Notes under the pieces: model-generated
Databases searched by the model: none
What the model saw: only the letters and a program-made list of their open reading frames with translations
What the model was told of the DNA's origin: nothing
Virus record (IMG/VR): IMGVR_UViG_3300022602_001935
Location: 1-56,956 of that record
Length of the DNA: 56,956 nucleotides
DNA from: a virus
Taxonomy: Duplodnaviria; Caudoviricetes
Direction: 5' to 3' (one strand)
Shown here: one piece after another, positions 21,321-30,810 of the stretch
How positions within the stretch are numbered: position 1 is the stretch's first letter
Layout of the letters: each line of letters opens with the position of its first letter
Program-made: the position numbers and the translations under genes

Positions 21321-24044
21321 ATGCCTATTATTGCAAACAGTTATACCAATTTAATTAATGAGTTCTTTCCTATTGCTGGACGAGATAACGATCCGCAGGT
21401 GTTTCGAGATAATTTTAATGATATTAAAAATGCCTTAACAGATATTGCTAATAGTGTTACATGGATTACTTCAAATATCAATCCTGTTATCCATACAAAC
21501 TATCAACTACAAGGAGCCAATGGGTCTCCTAAAGGAACTACATTAAGTTTAAATTCGGCTTCTATTAGTGCTCATGGCGGAATTGTAAATATCAATGGTG
21601 CAGGTAGCCTAACAGCCGACGGACATCTTATAGGAGGGTTATATTTCGGTGGTCTTCCTCCAACAAGTACAATGGGCAGTCCAAATGATCAACAAGGTGA
21701 AATGGCACTTGGACCTAACGGTATCAATATAGCAACCGGCAACTATAGCACCCAATCTGCCATGTGGTCAAAATTAAACACAGGCATAGAAGAAAATACA
21801 CTGGTAGTTGGCAAGGCTTCACAAATCTATAGCCCTATAGCACCTACACCTAATGTTATATGCGATTTAAATTCTGGAACACGATTTTTTCTTAACAATC
21901 CAGGAACCGATATAGCACTTAATTTTATTAATCTGCCGCCTACCCCGTGCCAAGTTGAAGCGTTCGTTACAGTTCGCGTAGGACCAGGTAGAACAGATAC
22001 TGTGGCACAGATATTTGTCGAAGGTGGTGCTCCTCAAGTCATTATTGAACATACACAAGATTATACAGGAAGACAAAAGACTCCAAGAAATACTTCTGAT
22101 CCTGATTCTCCTTATTATAATTCATTTGATCCTAACGATAATCAAGTAACATGGTATTGGTCTCCTATAAATGTGTCCGATACTCGTGCTACTGCTAATA
22201 ATGGATATGGATATAAACGTTGGATTACAATTTTAGCAATGGCTAAAAATGATATTACAATCCTGTCAACAGACGGAATTTTTGAAGGGCAAAGAAAAAC
22301 ATTTACTCCTGCAACACCAACGGTACAGCCGCCGCCACCAACACCTCCAACACCGACACCGCCAAGTATATACCCAACAATAACAGTTACACCAGTTACT
22401 AATGGACAAGTAATTACAAATTATGCCGGTACAGCAACTGTATTGCCTAGTGATCCTGTCGGATTTAATATTCAAACTACAAACGCAGATACAGTAACTT
22501 ATAGATTAGATTCAGAAACTATACACACATTAACTGTAGGAAGCAACGTTCCTGAATCTGCAATGGCAAGTTATTTTGCTTATGTTGATAATACTGTTCC
22601 AACAACTAATGCAAATTGGAATATTGGGTGGACAGCAACAGCAATTACCAATGTACAAAATTATCTACATAGTAAACTAGGATTACACTCATTTACATTT
22701 GTAGCATCTAATAGTACAGGTACAGCATCTCAATCAATACCATTTATACTAGGTGATATAGGCAACCATACACCTCCAAGGATTAACAGTTTTAATATCA
22801 GTGCTAACACTATATCTTCAAATGATACAACTCCGATAACCGTAAGTTGGGACATTGATTTCTTAGATTTAGGTGTAACAAATACCGGTGATAGTTATAT
22901 AAAGATAGACACATATAACGCATCTTCTTCACTTGTTTCAGATATAGTATTTGATGTCTACCCTAACGGTGGAAGTAATCCTAACTTTTATTCTAGTTCA
23001 ACACTGGTTAATAGTGGAGGAATTGATTATACAGTCAAATATGAAATCCTTCCGGGATCTGTTACAGCAGAAGTTCCAGCAACATGGACGCCAGGGGGTT
23101 TGAAAAGAACCGGATCATTATCTTATTTTGTAAACCCTGGCTCAAAAGCAAATGCGCCTGCAGGGCCACAATGGTATCCTGTAAGCCGCGGTGAATGGAA
23201 TAGTTTTCAACAGCAGTATGCTGTATGGACTAATTCAAATCAAACAAGTCCAATAGGCACATCAGTAACTAGTGTTAGATATTTTAATATAACAACTCCA
23301 GGTACATATACATTATCTGCAACGTGCGACGATTTGCTTGAGATCTATATCGATAACTCTACATCACCACTTCTGTCAATTCGTGATGATTTTAGTACCA
23401 ATGATTCTCCCCATACTATATCAGGAGTGTTAACTGCCGGACAACATAAATTAACAATGATTGCTACCAATACAGGTGGTCCAGGTGGGTTCGGTATTAC
23501 AATTACAGATCCTAGTAATACTGTTATTTGGGATACACGAAGTAACCTAACTCCAGTACAGCCTACTCCATCTCAACCTGCTCCAGGTAATTACACATTA
23601 ACATTAGTGGCCAAAAACATATATGGAACTACAAGTAGTAGTGTTTCTTATACTTACAACTCGATCCAAACATCTACGCCAGCAATTGTTAATGAAGAAA
23701 TTATACCAAGCTCAGGAATCGACACATCACTGGCATACTATCCGTTTCCTAATACAGTTATTGTAGGATCTCCATTTAATGTTAATATAATGAACGGTCA
23801 ACCAAATACTCAAATGACTTGGCAAATATACGAAGGCGGAACAACTCCTGTTCCGTCTAGTTTTGTTGGTGATACCGGCGGTAGTGTAACACTAGACGGA
23901 ACAGGTAGTGGATCGATTATCGGAATGGTTCTTTTCTCTCAAGGTACTGATTACCAACTTAGATGTATGTTTGAAGGTAGTGGAAACACTAGAGTACTTG
24001 ACATATCTGCGGTATCGGAATGGACCTCGTATGATGCTGGTTGA
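21321..24044 (+). CDS. virion structural/receptor-binding protein with PA14-like domain
   Basis: N-terminus FPIAGRDNDPQVFRDNF shared with 24078; Pro/Thr linker; ATCDDLLEIYID...LTAGQHKLT PA14-like pattern. Confidence 0.65.
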   Translation: MPIIANSYTNLINEFFPIAGRDNDPQVFRDNFNDIKNALTDIANSVTWITSNINPVIHTNYQLQGANGSPKGTTLSLNSASISAHGGIVNINGAGSLTADGHLIGGLYFGGLPPTSTMGSPNDQQGEMALGPNGINIATGNYSTQSAMWSKLNTGIEENTLVVGKASQIYSPIAPTPNVICDLNSGTRFFLNNPGTDIALNFINLPPTPCQVEAFVTVRVGPGRTDTVAQIFVEGGAPQVIIEHTQDYTGRQKTPRNTSDPDSPYYNSFDPNDNQVTWYWSPINVSDTRATANNGYGYKRWITILAMAKNDITILSTDGIFEGQRKTFTPATPTVQPPPPTPPTPTPPSIYPTITVTPVTNGQVITNYAGTATVLPSDPVGFNIQTTNADTVTYRLDSETIHTLTVGSNVPESAMASYFAYVDNTVPTTNANWNIGWTATAITNVQNYLHSKLGLHSFTFVASNSTGTASQSIPFILGDIGNHTPPRINSFNISANTISSNDTTPITVSWDIDFLDLGVTNTGDSYIKIDTYNASSSLVSDIVFDVYPNGGSNPNFYSSSTLVNSGGIDYTVKYEILPGSVTAEVPATWTPGGLKRTGSLSYFVNPGSKANAPAGPQWYPVSRGEWNSFQQQYAVWTNSNQTSPIGTSVTSVRYFNITTPGTYTLSATCDDLLEIYIDNSTSPLLSIRDDFSTNDSPHTISGVLTAGQHKLTMIATNTGGPGGFGITITDPSNTVIWDTRSNLTPVQPTPSQPAPGNYTLTLVAKNIYGTTSSSVSYTYNSIQTSTPAIVNEEIIPSSGIDTSLAYYPFPNTVIVGSPFNVNIMNGQPNTQMTWQIYEGGTTPVPSSFVGDTGGSVTLDGTGSGSIIGMVLFSQGTDYQLRCMFEGSGNTRVLDISAVSEWTSYDAG

Positions 24045-24077
24045 ACATACGATTAAATAATAAACACGAGATAATAA

Positions 24078-25217
24078 ATGAGCAACATTACAAATTACAG
24101 TAACAATATTAACGTACTTTATCCTATAGCAGGTCAGGATAATGACTCACAGGGATTCAGAGACAACTTTAGCAATATTAAGTTAGCCCTTACTACTGCG
24201 TCTAATGAAATAGATACATTAGCATTAGAATTAAACCCCAGGGTAGAAAGAACTGTAATTTTACAAAATGCAACAGGAACTATATCGGGTTCGTCCCTAT
24301 CATTGGGCGGGGCTACGATTAGTTTAAGTTCTAGTACAAATAAAAACGGCAAACCTATTTTAAACATAGGAGGTGCTAGCGGTGTTTCTTTAACAGACGG
24401 GACAACTGTACAGGTAACAATTACTAATCCACATGCAGGATCTACATGGCCATATACTAATTCGTTCAGTGTTGATCAACCACAGTTAGTTAAATTAGGA
24501 TCAACATTTAAATTCTATGATGCAGAAACTGACATGTACACCGTAATCGGTGTTAATTCAACTACTGTTACAACCAACATAGAGTTTGATCCTGTATTAT
24601 TAAGCAGCCATGGTATTACTTCAGGAACAACAATAACATTAAACAATGGAAAATTGTTAGGTTCTCCTTCTTTATTAACAAGTCCACCTAACCCACCGTT
24701 AGGTGGTCCAGGCGACAAACCTGGAGATATGTATATTACAACTGGATCTGTTGAAATATGCACAGGTACACCTAACGGTACTGATCCAGTATGGGTAAAA
24801 TTAAATACCAACATCGAAACTAATACATTAGTAAAAGTATTCCCAAGTACAGTTATTAATGACAGTACTCCAAATCTTGTATGCGATTTAAGCGCTGGTA
24901 CTAGATTCTTCGTTGATGATCCTGGAACTGATTTATATGTTAAATTTATTAACCTACCGCCAAGACCATGTCAAGTAGAAGCATTTGTTACTGTTAGATT
25001 TAATGGTACTACTTCTTCTATTAGACAAATAGCAGTTGATCCAGATACAGCAGGTAGAACTGTCAATTACCTAGTGAGTAACACACTTACCGATACAACT
25101 CACAATGTAGAATTAACACCTGTGTATACACCTAGGTATGGCATGAAAAATTGGATTACCTTAATGGCAACAACTACAACCAATGTAGATGTATTCAATA
25201 TTGAATTACCATTCTAA
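24078..25217 (+). CDS. virion structural protein, paralog of 21321 N-terminal part
   Basis: YPIAGQDNDSQGFRDNF and CDLSAGTRFF...FINLPPRPCQVEAFVTVR match the preceding gene. Confidence 0.7.
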   Translation: MSNITNYSNNINVLYPIAGQDNDSQGFRDNFSNIKLALTTASNEIDTLALELNPRVERTVILQNATGTISGSSLSLGGATISLSSSTNKNGKPILNIGGASGVSLTDGTTVQVTITNPHAGSTWPYTNSFSVDQPQLVKLGSTFKFYDAETDMYTVIGVNSTTVTTNIEFDPVLLSSHGITSGTTITLNNGKLLGSPSLLTSPPNPPLGGPGDKPGDMYITTGSVEICTGTPNGTDPVWVKLNTNIETNTLVKVFPSTVINDSTPNLVCDLSAGTRFFVDDPGTDLYVKFINLPPRPCQVEAFVTVRFNGTTSSIRQIAVDPDTAGRTVNYLVSNTLTDTTHNVELTPVYTPRYGMKNWITLMATTTTNVDVFNIELPF

Positions 25218-25459
25218 TGTTTAATCCACTTCTTGAAGATCTCACGCAATTAAAGGATTCTGAACTAGAATCCAGAATAACTGATCTATCCACAAAATAT
25301 AGACAAGCGGCTCGTTTTAGTAGCGGAGCAGTTGTAGAGCAGTTAGCAGTAGTATACGAATCATATAAAACAGAGCAGAGCCGTAGACAACAAGAAGCAC
25401 TCAAACGAGCATTCTCAACATCCAATAAGAGCCTCGAAGGCTTGATTAAAAAAGCCTAG
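25217..25459 (+). CDS. hypothetical protein (coiled-coil)
   Basis: 80-aa ORF coupled by TAATG overlap. Confidence 0.7.
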   Translation: MFNPLLEDLTQLKDSELESRITDLSTKYRQAARFSSGAVVEQLAVVYESYKTEQSRRQQEALKRAFSTSNKSLEGLIKKA

Positions 25460-25470
25460 TATGTTATAAT
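25442..25470 (+). promoter_or_regulatory. sigma70-type promoter with extended -10 (leaderless predicted)
   Basis: TTGATT (25442-25447), 17 nt, TGnTATAAT (-10 at 25465-25470); ATG at 25476. Confidence 0.7.
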
Positions 25471-25475
25471 AGTTC

Positions 25476-25997
25476 ATGCGAACTGACAAATACGGACAGA
25501 TAATTCTAGATAAAGATGAAATATTTGCTGGATTATATTCTGGTAAAATTTCAAGCCTAACAGATCTGTTGATTGAAGACCCAGAATTGGTTAAAGAATT
25601 TAATCAATCATTACGCTCAAATTACGATCAGATTCCTCAAATAAAAGAATATATCGATCCTGAGATTACCATAGAAGATTTTGATTCTAAAAATCAACAA
25701 CAATGGTACATGCCTAAAGAATATAATGAATTTGATATAGAAACCTGGATTACAGAACAATGCGATACAGATATAAAGATAGAACGGGTACAGGCAGAGT
25801 TGAAACTTTTTCGTCAACATAATATGATCGACTTACTCAAGTATATTAAATACTTAGTAGACACAATGCGTGAACACAAAATTGTGTGGGGTGTAGGACG
25901 GGGTAGTAGTGTAGCAAGTTACGTACTATTTCTGATCGGTGTTCATAAAATTGACAGTATAAAATACGAACTCAATATAGAAGAGTTTTTAAGATAA
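25476..25997 (+). CDS. stand-alone DNA polymerase III alpha (DnaE)-like fragment
   Basis: ERVQAELKLF...WGVGRGSSVASYVLFLIGVHKIDSIKYELNIEEFL resembles DnaE GxGRGS...ITxIDPxxxxLxFERFL; only 173 aa. Confidence 0.75.
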   Translation: MRTDKYGQIILDKDEIFAGLYSGKISSLTDLLIEDPELVKEFNQSLRSNYDQIPQIKEYIDPEITIEDFDSKNQQQWYMPKEYNEFDIETWITEQCDTDIKIERVQAELKLFRQHNMIDLLKYIKYLVDTMREHKIVWGVGRGSSVASYVLFLIGVHKIDSIKYELNIEEFLR

Positions 25998-26007
25998 GGA
26001 AAATAAA

Positions 26008-26289
26008 ATGGTAAGAAGCATGTTAGGTAAAGAAATTGATATGGACAAACTATTAGAAAAAAATCAAATGATGCCTTCAGTAGGTAACGTCCGCATGAAC
26101 GCCCGAGGCGATGAATTAGGTCCAGGTGGAAAGATTGTTAAAAAACGAGAAGACCAAGTAGCGGCCTATTACGAAAATAATCCAATGGCCAGACCAGTTG
26201 CTAAAACTGCGCCTGTTGCTGATACTCCTCCTCCAAAGGTTGTAGAAACAAAATCTGAAAAGAAGAAAGGCGATAGCAATGGCAGTTAA
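26008..26289 (+). CDS. hypothetical protein
   Basis: AAGGA SD; motif VGNVRMNARGDELGPGG. Confidence 0.75.
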   Translation: MVRSMLGKEIDMDKLLEKNQMMPSVGNVRMNARGDELGPGGKIVKKREDQVAAYYENNPMARPVAKTAPVADTPPPKVVETKSEKKKGDSNGS

Positions 26290-26614
26290 AGGTAAAATTA
26301 TGCCCCTCGGGGATAAGGTAATGGTCACCGGAATGGAATTTGGTATGACCAAAACATCCTCAGGTTTATTCATCCCATCTACTGATGGAAAGACTACAGG
26401 CATTCACCCACGTTGGGGCAAGGTCTATGCAATCGGACCAGACCAGACAGATGTAGAAGTAGGACAGTGGATTCTTATCGAGCACGGTCGGTGGACTCGT
26501 GCTATTAAAGTAGTAGAAGAAGATGGCAGAGAGATTAAAATTCAAATGATCGATAACGATGCTATCATGGTCATTTCGGACGAACAGCCAGCAACTGGCG
26601 ATATTATTGCTTGA
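26279..26614 (+). CDS. groES: GroES/Cpn10-like co-chaperonin
   Basis: IMPLGDKVMV, KTSSGLFIP, GKVYAIGP, VEVGQWIL. Confidence 0.85.
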   Translation: MAVKGKIMPLGDKVMVTGMEFGMTKTSSGLFIPSTDGKTTGIHPRWGKVYAIGPDQTDVEVGQWILIEHGRWTRAIKVVEEDGREIKIQMIDNDAIMVISDEQPATGDIIA

Positions 26615-26639
26615 CATAAGAGCCTGTACACCGTATAAT
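26611..26639 (+). promoter_or_regulatory. consensus sigma70 promoter (leaderless predicted)
   Basis: TTGACA (26611-26616), 17 nt, TATAAT (26634-26639); ATG at 26645. Confidence 0.85.
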
Positions 26640-26644
26640 GGTGT

Positions 26645-26887
26645 ATGGGCTACAAATATACTTACAACATCACAGACGCAATCATCCAAGTCAATAAGGC
26701 TCAGAGAGAATGTTGCGATCCAAGGCTTGACGGTTATGTCGCCTTTGGTATAAAACAAGACTTATATCAACTAAAATTTATTTTAGAAGACGCACTTCGG
26801 CGATGTCCCACATTTGCCGGAGAAGCAGAATGGCTTAGGGAACAAGAAAAAGAAAAAGTCATAAGGATACTTAAAGATGAAATGTAA
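26645..26887 (+). CDS. hypothetical protein
   Basis: 80-aa ORF directly after a consensus promoter. Confidence 0.7.
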   Translation: MGYKYTYNITDAIIQVNKAQRECCDPRLDGYVAFGIKQDLYQLKFILEDALRRCPTFAGEAEWLREQEKEKVIRILKDEM

Positions 26888-27026
26888 TATTTGTCGGCAA
26901 GAGTATAGTCCTACGTGCGATTGGAGGCAAGGTCGTTGCCCCGGTCATCCATCTTTATGGTCAAGATTTAAGGAATGGTTAAATGAAAGAAAAAATAAAA
27001 GAAATAGCATTACAAGCGGGCGGTAG
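26877..27026 (+). CDS. small Cys-rich putative zinc-binding protein (49 aa, not in ORF track)
   Basis: AAGGA SD; MKCNICRQEYSPTCDWRQGRCPGHP...; fills the gap between neighbours. Confidence 0.55.
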   Translation: MKCNICRQEYSPTCDWRQGRCPGHPSLWSRFKEWLNERKNKRNSITSGR

Positions 27027-27243
27027 TCATTACCCGGAGGTAGGAGGAGACATCCTTGAACTATTTGCTGACCTGTTGGTCAAAGATGTGTTGCGTGAAA
27101 TTGAGGAATGTAATATTAGACACGGATGTGTAACCACATATGATTATAGTGTAGCAGAAGGCACAAAAGAAAGAATTGTTAAACACATCAAAGATTCATA
27201 TGATATCAAATACAAATTTTTGGAGAGAGTCGATGATCTTTAA
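26983..27243 (+). CDS. hypothetical protein
   Basis: AAGGA SD; 86-aa ORF. Confidence 0.7.
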   Translation: MKEKIKEIALQAGGSHYPEVGGDILELFADLLVKDVLREIEECNIRHGCVTTYDYSVAEGTKERIVKHIKDSYDIKYKFLERVDDL

Positions 27244-27706
27244 TAAAATTAAATCAATCAAAGCCAAAGGCATGAAAGTAGGAATTGTTTTTTCTACTTT
27301 TGATCTGCTTCATGCAGGGCATATTGCTATGTTGGCAGAAGTTAAAAATCATTGTGATTACCTAATTGCTGGATTACAAACTGATCCAACGATTGATCGA
27401 CCTGATACCAAGAATAAACCTATTCAAAGTATTGTTGAACGTCAAATCTGTTTGAGTGCTACTCGTTATGTGGACGAAATTGTAGTTTATCAAACTGAAA
27501 AAGATCTTGAAGACATCTTGCTAACACTACCTATTGATGTTAGAATTTTAGGTGTAGAGTATGAAGGCAAAGAATTTACTGGTAGAGATATTTGTTTTGA
27601 GCGAGGAATTGCAATTGTTTTTAACAGTAGAGATCATTCCTTTAGTTCAAGTAGCCTACGCAAACGTGTAGTACAAGCAGAGGTACAAAAAGGATTAACA
27701 CAATGA
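27233..27706 (+). CDS. TagD-like cytidylyltransferase (HxGH family)
   Basis: STFDLLHAGH, YLIAGLQTDP, YVDEIV, RDHSFSSSSLR; ATG 27233 after GGAG. Confidence 0.85.
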   Translation: MIFNKIKSIKAKGMKVGIVFSTFDLLHAGHIAMLAEVKNHCDYLIAGLQTDPTIDRPDTKNKPIQSIVERQICLSATRYVDEIVVYQTEKDLEDILLTLPIDVRILGVEYEGKEFTGRDICFERGIAIVFNSRDHSFSSSSLRKRVVQAEVQKGLTQ

Positions 27707-28038
27707 GCAGACATGGTATAATGGTAGGAGCAAGACTATCAACAGTAAAACGAGCAAGGCCTATGAAATTAACTTTAAAACAACGTATCCGTAATTGGTT
27801 AAACAATGATGACGACTCTATTGAAGCGATTTCATCCGATGATGAAACAAATGTTCATTTAACCAGAGAGACGTCCTTGAGGTTTGAAGTACATCAAGCA
27901 CAAGGTGGTCGGGTTGTACAAACTCGCAGATATGACGAGCGTAAAGATCGTAATATTGAAAACTTATATATTATTACACCAGATCAAGACTTTGGTAGAG
28001 AAATTGACAAAATTATCACAATGGAAGCATTACGATGA
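27703..28038 (+). CDS. hypothetical protein
   Basis: ORF coupled to both neighbours by ATGA overlaps. Confidence 0.7.
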   Translation: MSRHGIMVGARLSTVKRARPMKLTLKQRIRNWLNNDDDSIEAISSDDETNVHLTRETSLRFEVHQAQGGRVVQTRRYDERKDRNIENLYIITPDQDFGREIDKIITMEALR

Positions 28039-28958
28039 AAGAACTATGGGTAGAAAAATATCGTCCTAAGACCACAGACGAATATGTGTTTAGAGATGAA
28101 GCACAACGCAGACAGATTAAAGGCTGGATTGCTGATGGTTCAATTCCGCACTTGTTGTTAAGTGGTAGCCCAGGCATCGGTAAAACTACCCTTGCTAAGG
28201 TTCTGCTCAACGAACTTGAAATTCCAGAGTTTGATATTTTAGAAATCAACGCATCACGTGAACGTGGTATTGATGAAGTTAAGAAACGTATCACTAACTT
28301 TATCAGCATGATTCCGTTTGGCCCGTTTAAGTGTGTGTTATTAGACGAAGCAGATCGACTAACGCCGGAAGCACAGGACGCACTTAAAGGTGTGATGGAA
28401 GAATTTTCCAGTACCAGCAGATTTATATTAACCTGTAATACACCTAATCGTATTGTACCAGCACTACACAGTCGTTGCCAACAGATGCACTTTGCGTCTA
28501 TTGACCAAACTGAATTTACTGCTCGTGCCGCAACTATTCTTGTTGAAGAAAATGTAGAGTTTGATTTAGACACACTGGATTTGTATGTGCGTAGTGTATA
28601 TCCAGATTTGCGTAAGTGTATTAATCTGCTACAACAAAACAACGTTGGTAGTAAGTTAATCAATCCTAAAGCAGAAGACAGCGGTGTCAGCGACTATAAG
28701 ATTAAAATGGTTGAATTGTTTAAGGCAAGAAAATATCGCGAAGCACGTAAATTGTTATGTGCCAAAGCCACAGCAGATGAAATGGGCGAGATCCTTCGTT
28801 GGTGTTATGACAACATCGAATTGTTTGGCGAGGACGAGGATACTATGGATCAGGCTGTGATTGTTATTAAACAAGGTTTGTGTGATCATGTAATCTGTGC
28901 TGATCCAGAAATCAATTTAAGTGCTGTGCTTATTAAATTAGCGAGGTTAAATCAATGA
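28035..28958 (+). CDS. clamp loader AAA+ subunit (T4 gp44/RFC-like)
   Basis: WVEKYRP, Walker A GSPGIGKT, INAS, Walker B LLDEAD, SRC motif. Confidence 0.92.
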   Translation: MKELWVEKYRPKTTDEYVFRDEAQRRQIKGWIADGSIPHLLLSGSPGIGKTTLAKVLLNELEIPEFDILEINASRERGIDEVKKRITNFISMIPFGPFKCVLLDEADRLTPEAQDALKGVMEEFSSTSRFILTCNTPNRIVPALHSRCQQMHFASIDQTEFTARAATILVEENVEFDLDTLDLYVRSVYPDLRKCINLLQQNNVGSKLINPKAEDSGVSDYKIKMVELFKARKYREARKLLCAKATADEMGEILRWCYDNIELFGEDEDTMDQAVIVIKQGLCDHVICADPEINLSAVLIKLARLNQ

Positions 28959-29305
28959 CACAAGAACAAATTTTATATGCCGTAGGTATATGGTTAGTAT
29001 TAATGATTATCTGTTATACACATACCGGTTGGCGCAATATGCGAGACTGTTATATGATGTGGTTCACAAAAGAATATTGGACTGCTTATAACACAGTTGA
29101 ATTTGTAAGTTGGTGGGCCAAGGCCATTATCATTGTTCCAGGCTTGGTATTTGGTATTCAAATTTGGGAACTGTATTATCTTACTCTATTAACAAGTGTA
29201 ACACTAATATGGGCCAGCAGGAAAAAAGCACTACCAACACTTGTAGGATTTAATACCATGTGGGCTTGGCTAAGTCTTATGGTCTTGTGCCAACACTGGT
29301 TCTAA
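28955..29305 (+). CDS. hypothetical multi-pass membrane protein
   Basis: Several hydrophobic, Trp-rich helices. Confidence 0.7.
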   Translation: MTQEQILYAVGIWLVLMIICYTHTGWRNMRDCYMMWFTKEYWTAYNTVEFVSWWAKAIIIVPGLVFGIQIWELYYLTLLTSVTLIWASRKKALPTLVGFNTMWAWLSLMVLCQHWF

Positions 29306-29308
29306 ACA

Positions 29309-29350
29309 AAAACCGCATAGTCGATTGCAGGTCGTTTACTATGCGGTTTT
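29309..29350. terminator. bidirectional intrinsic terminator-like hairpin
   Basis: AAAACCGCATAGT (29309-29321) / ACTATGCGGTTTT (29338-29350) between convergent genes. Confidence 0.7.
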
Positions 29351-29377
29351 CCCTTGAGTGTTCGTTTAGTTTATAAC

Positions 29378-30127
29378 TTATTCGATAGAATCTTCCTTAT
29401 AGATTTTAAGTATTTCTTTTACCACAGGGTGACGTTCTACGTCTTTTGCCTCAAACCTTGCCATCGCAATCATACGATACTCACCTCCTTGGCCGTATAA
29501 TTCGCAAAATTGTAGCAAGCCGTTCTCTGTAGGACGGTCCGCTTGATTTAAATCTCCTGTGACTACCATGCGGGAGTTTTCTCCCAATCGAGTTAATAAC
29601 ATTTTCATCTGTGACGGTGTGGCGTTTTGCATTTCGTCTGCTATTACAAACGCATTTTTAAAAGTTCGTCCACGCATATATGCAAGTGGGCTAATTTCAA
29701 TTATGCCATCCTCAAGCATTTCTTGAATTTCTTTTGGATGATAATACTCTTCGAAAACATCAAATATCGGTCGTGTCCACGGTTCCATCTTTTGATTTAG
29801 AGTACCGGGTAAGAATCCATGTTCTTCATCCACACTGACCGCTGGCCTTGTGACTATAATTTTAGAAATTTCTCCCTCTTTGTATAGTTTAATAGCCATT
29901 TGTACAGCCAACATTGTTTTACCTGTTCCCGCAGGACCAATGGCAAATACAATGAATTTTTTAGGATTTTTTAAGAATTCTACGTAGTGCTCTTGAGATA
30001 GATTACGTGGAACAACAACGACTTGTTGTTTTCTGCGCAGATAATGCTTGATTTGAATCAAATTTTGGTCCTGTTGTTCAGGACGAGTATTTGTAAATAC
30101 TCTTTCTTTACGTTTTGCTCTGGACAA
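29378..30127 (-). CDS. phoH: PhoH family ATPase
   Basis: GPAGTGKT, TRPAV, GFLPG, YMRGRTF, DEMQN, TGDLNQ, ERHP; probable TTG start at 30127 after AGGAGG (track start 30154). Confidence 0.93.
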   Translation of the reverse strand: MSRAKRKERVFTNTRPEQQDQNLIQIKHYLRRKQQVVVVPRNLSQEHYVEFLKNPKKFIVFAIGPAGTGKTMLAVQMAIKLYKEGEISKIIVTRPAVSVDEEHGFLPGTLNQKMEPWTRPIFDVFEEYYHPKEIQEMLEDGIIEISPLAYMRGRTFKNAFVIADEMQNATPSQMKMLLTRLGENSRMVVTGDLNQADRPTENGLLQFCELYGQGGEYRMIAMARFEAKDVERHPVVKEILKIYKEDSIE

Positions 30128-30237
30128 TATTGCCTCCTTTTGAGCGACCTGCATAGATATTTACTTTGATTCTTTAAAAACTATATCAAATAGGCTTTTT
30201 TGGATCAACATAAATAGTACTACTTAAGAGATTCCTT

Positions 30238-30810
30238 ATGCACGATATTGTTGATGTTATAAAAAATATTCAGACTTTGTCCGCTAACGACAGTTCTTTC
30301 AATATCTTGAAAGACTTTGAACGTGTGTTAGACGAACTTGATCTGTATGTTTTCAAGAATTGGGAAGATGGCGAACTACTTGCTGGACCACAAGTAGAGC
30401 GTTATGCCGTTACCTGTAAATTCTTATGGCCCAGAGAAGACATGCCAGATCCCGATGGCGCAAAACGATTATTAGACTACGGCTGTAAAGTAACATATCA
30501 AAAAGAAAATATGTTAGTTCCACGCAAGGTCCGTAGCCCAGGCGACTTCCGCCCAGGTACAAAGAAAGGTAAAATAGATGCTCATCCTATTTGGGTTGTA
30601 AGTATTACTATACCTAAAAAATTAATGCAGGATATATTCCAAGGCTTTGTTGATCGTGAGAATAGAGAAATTGCAGACCATATGCACACTGAGCAGATCA
30701 ATCAACAGATGAATCAGGCCAATGCCGCACAAGAAACAGCCGGAGGGGCAATGGAGCCCGAACCAGCACCAACTCCAGGAGCAACTGATGTACCGCCGCC
30801 GACTGCTTGA
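30238..30810 (+). CDS. hypothetical phage protein
   Basis: 190-aa ORF after TAAATA (30211-30216). Confidence 0.75.
   Translation: MHDIVDVIKNIQTLSANDSSFNILKDFERVLDELDLYVFKNWEDGELLAGPQVERYAVTCKFLWPREDMPDPDGAKRLLDYGCKVTYQKENMLVPRKVRSPGDFRPGTKKGKIDAHPIWVVSITIPKKLMQDIFQGFVDRENREIADHMHTEQINQQMNQANAAQETAGGAMEPEPAPTPGATDVPPPTA

Noticed and set aside
28016-28663. 215-aa antisense ORF over the clamp loader, and similar ones over clpA, uvsE, polB and dsbA
   Set aside because: Fully overlap well-supported genes and have no recognisable motifs.
29616-29624. GGTGTGGCG match to the cassette repeat inside phoH
   Set aside because: Only 9 nt, antisense to the gene, and explained by the PhoH coding sequence (NATP).
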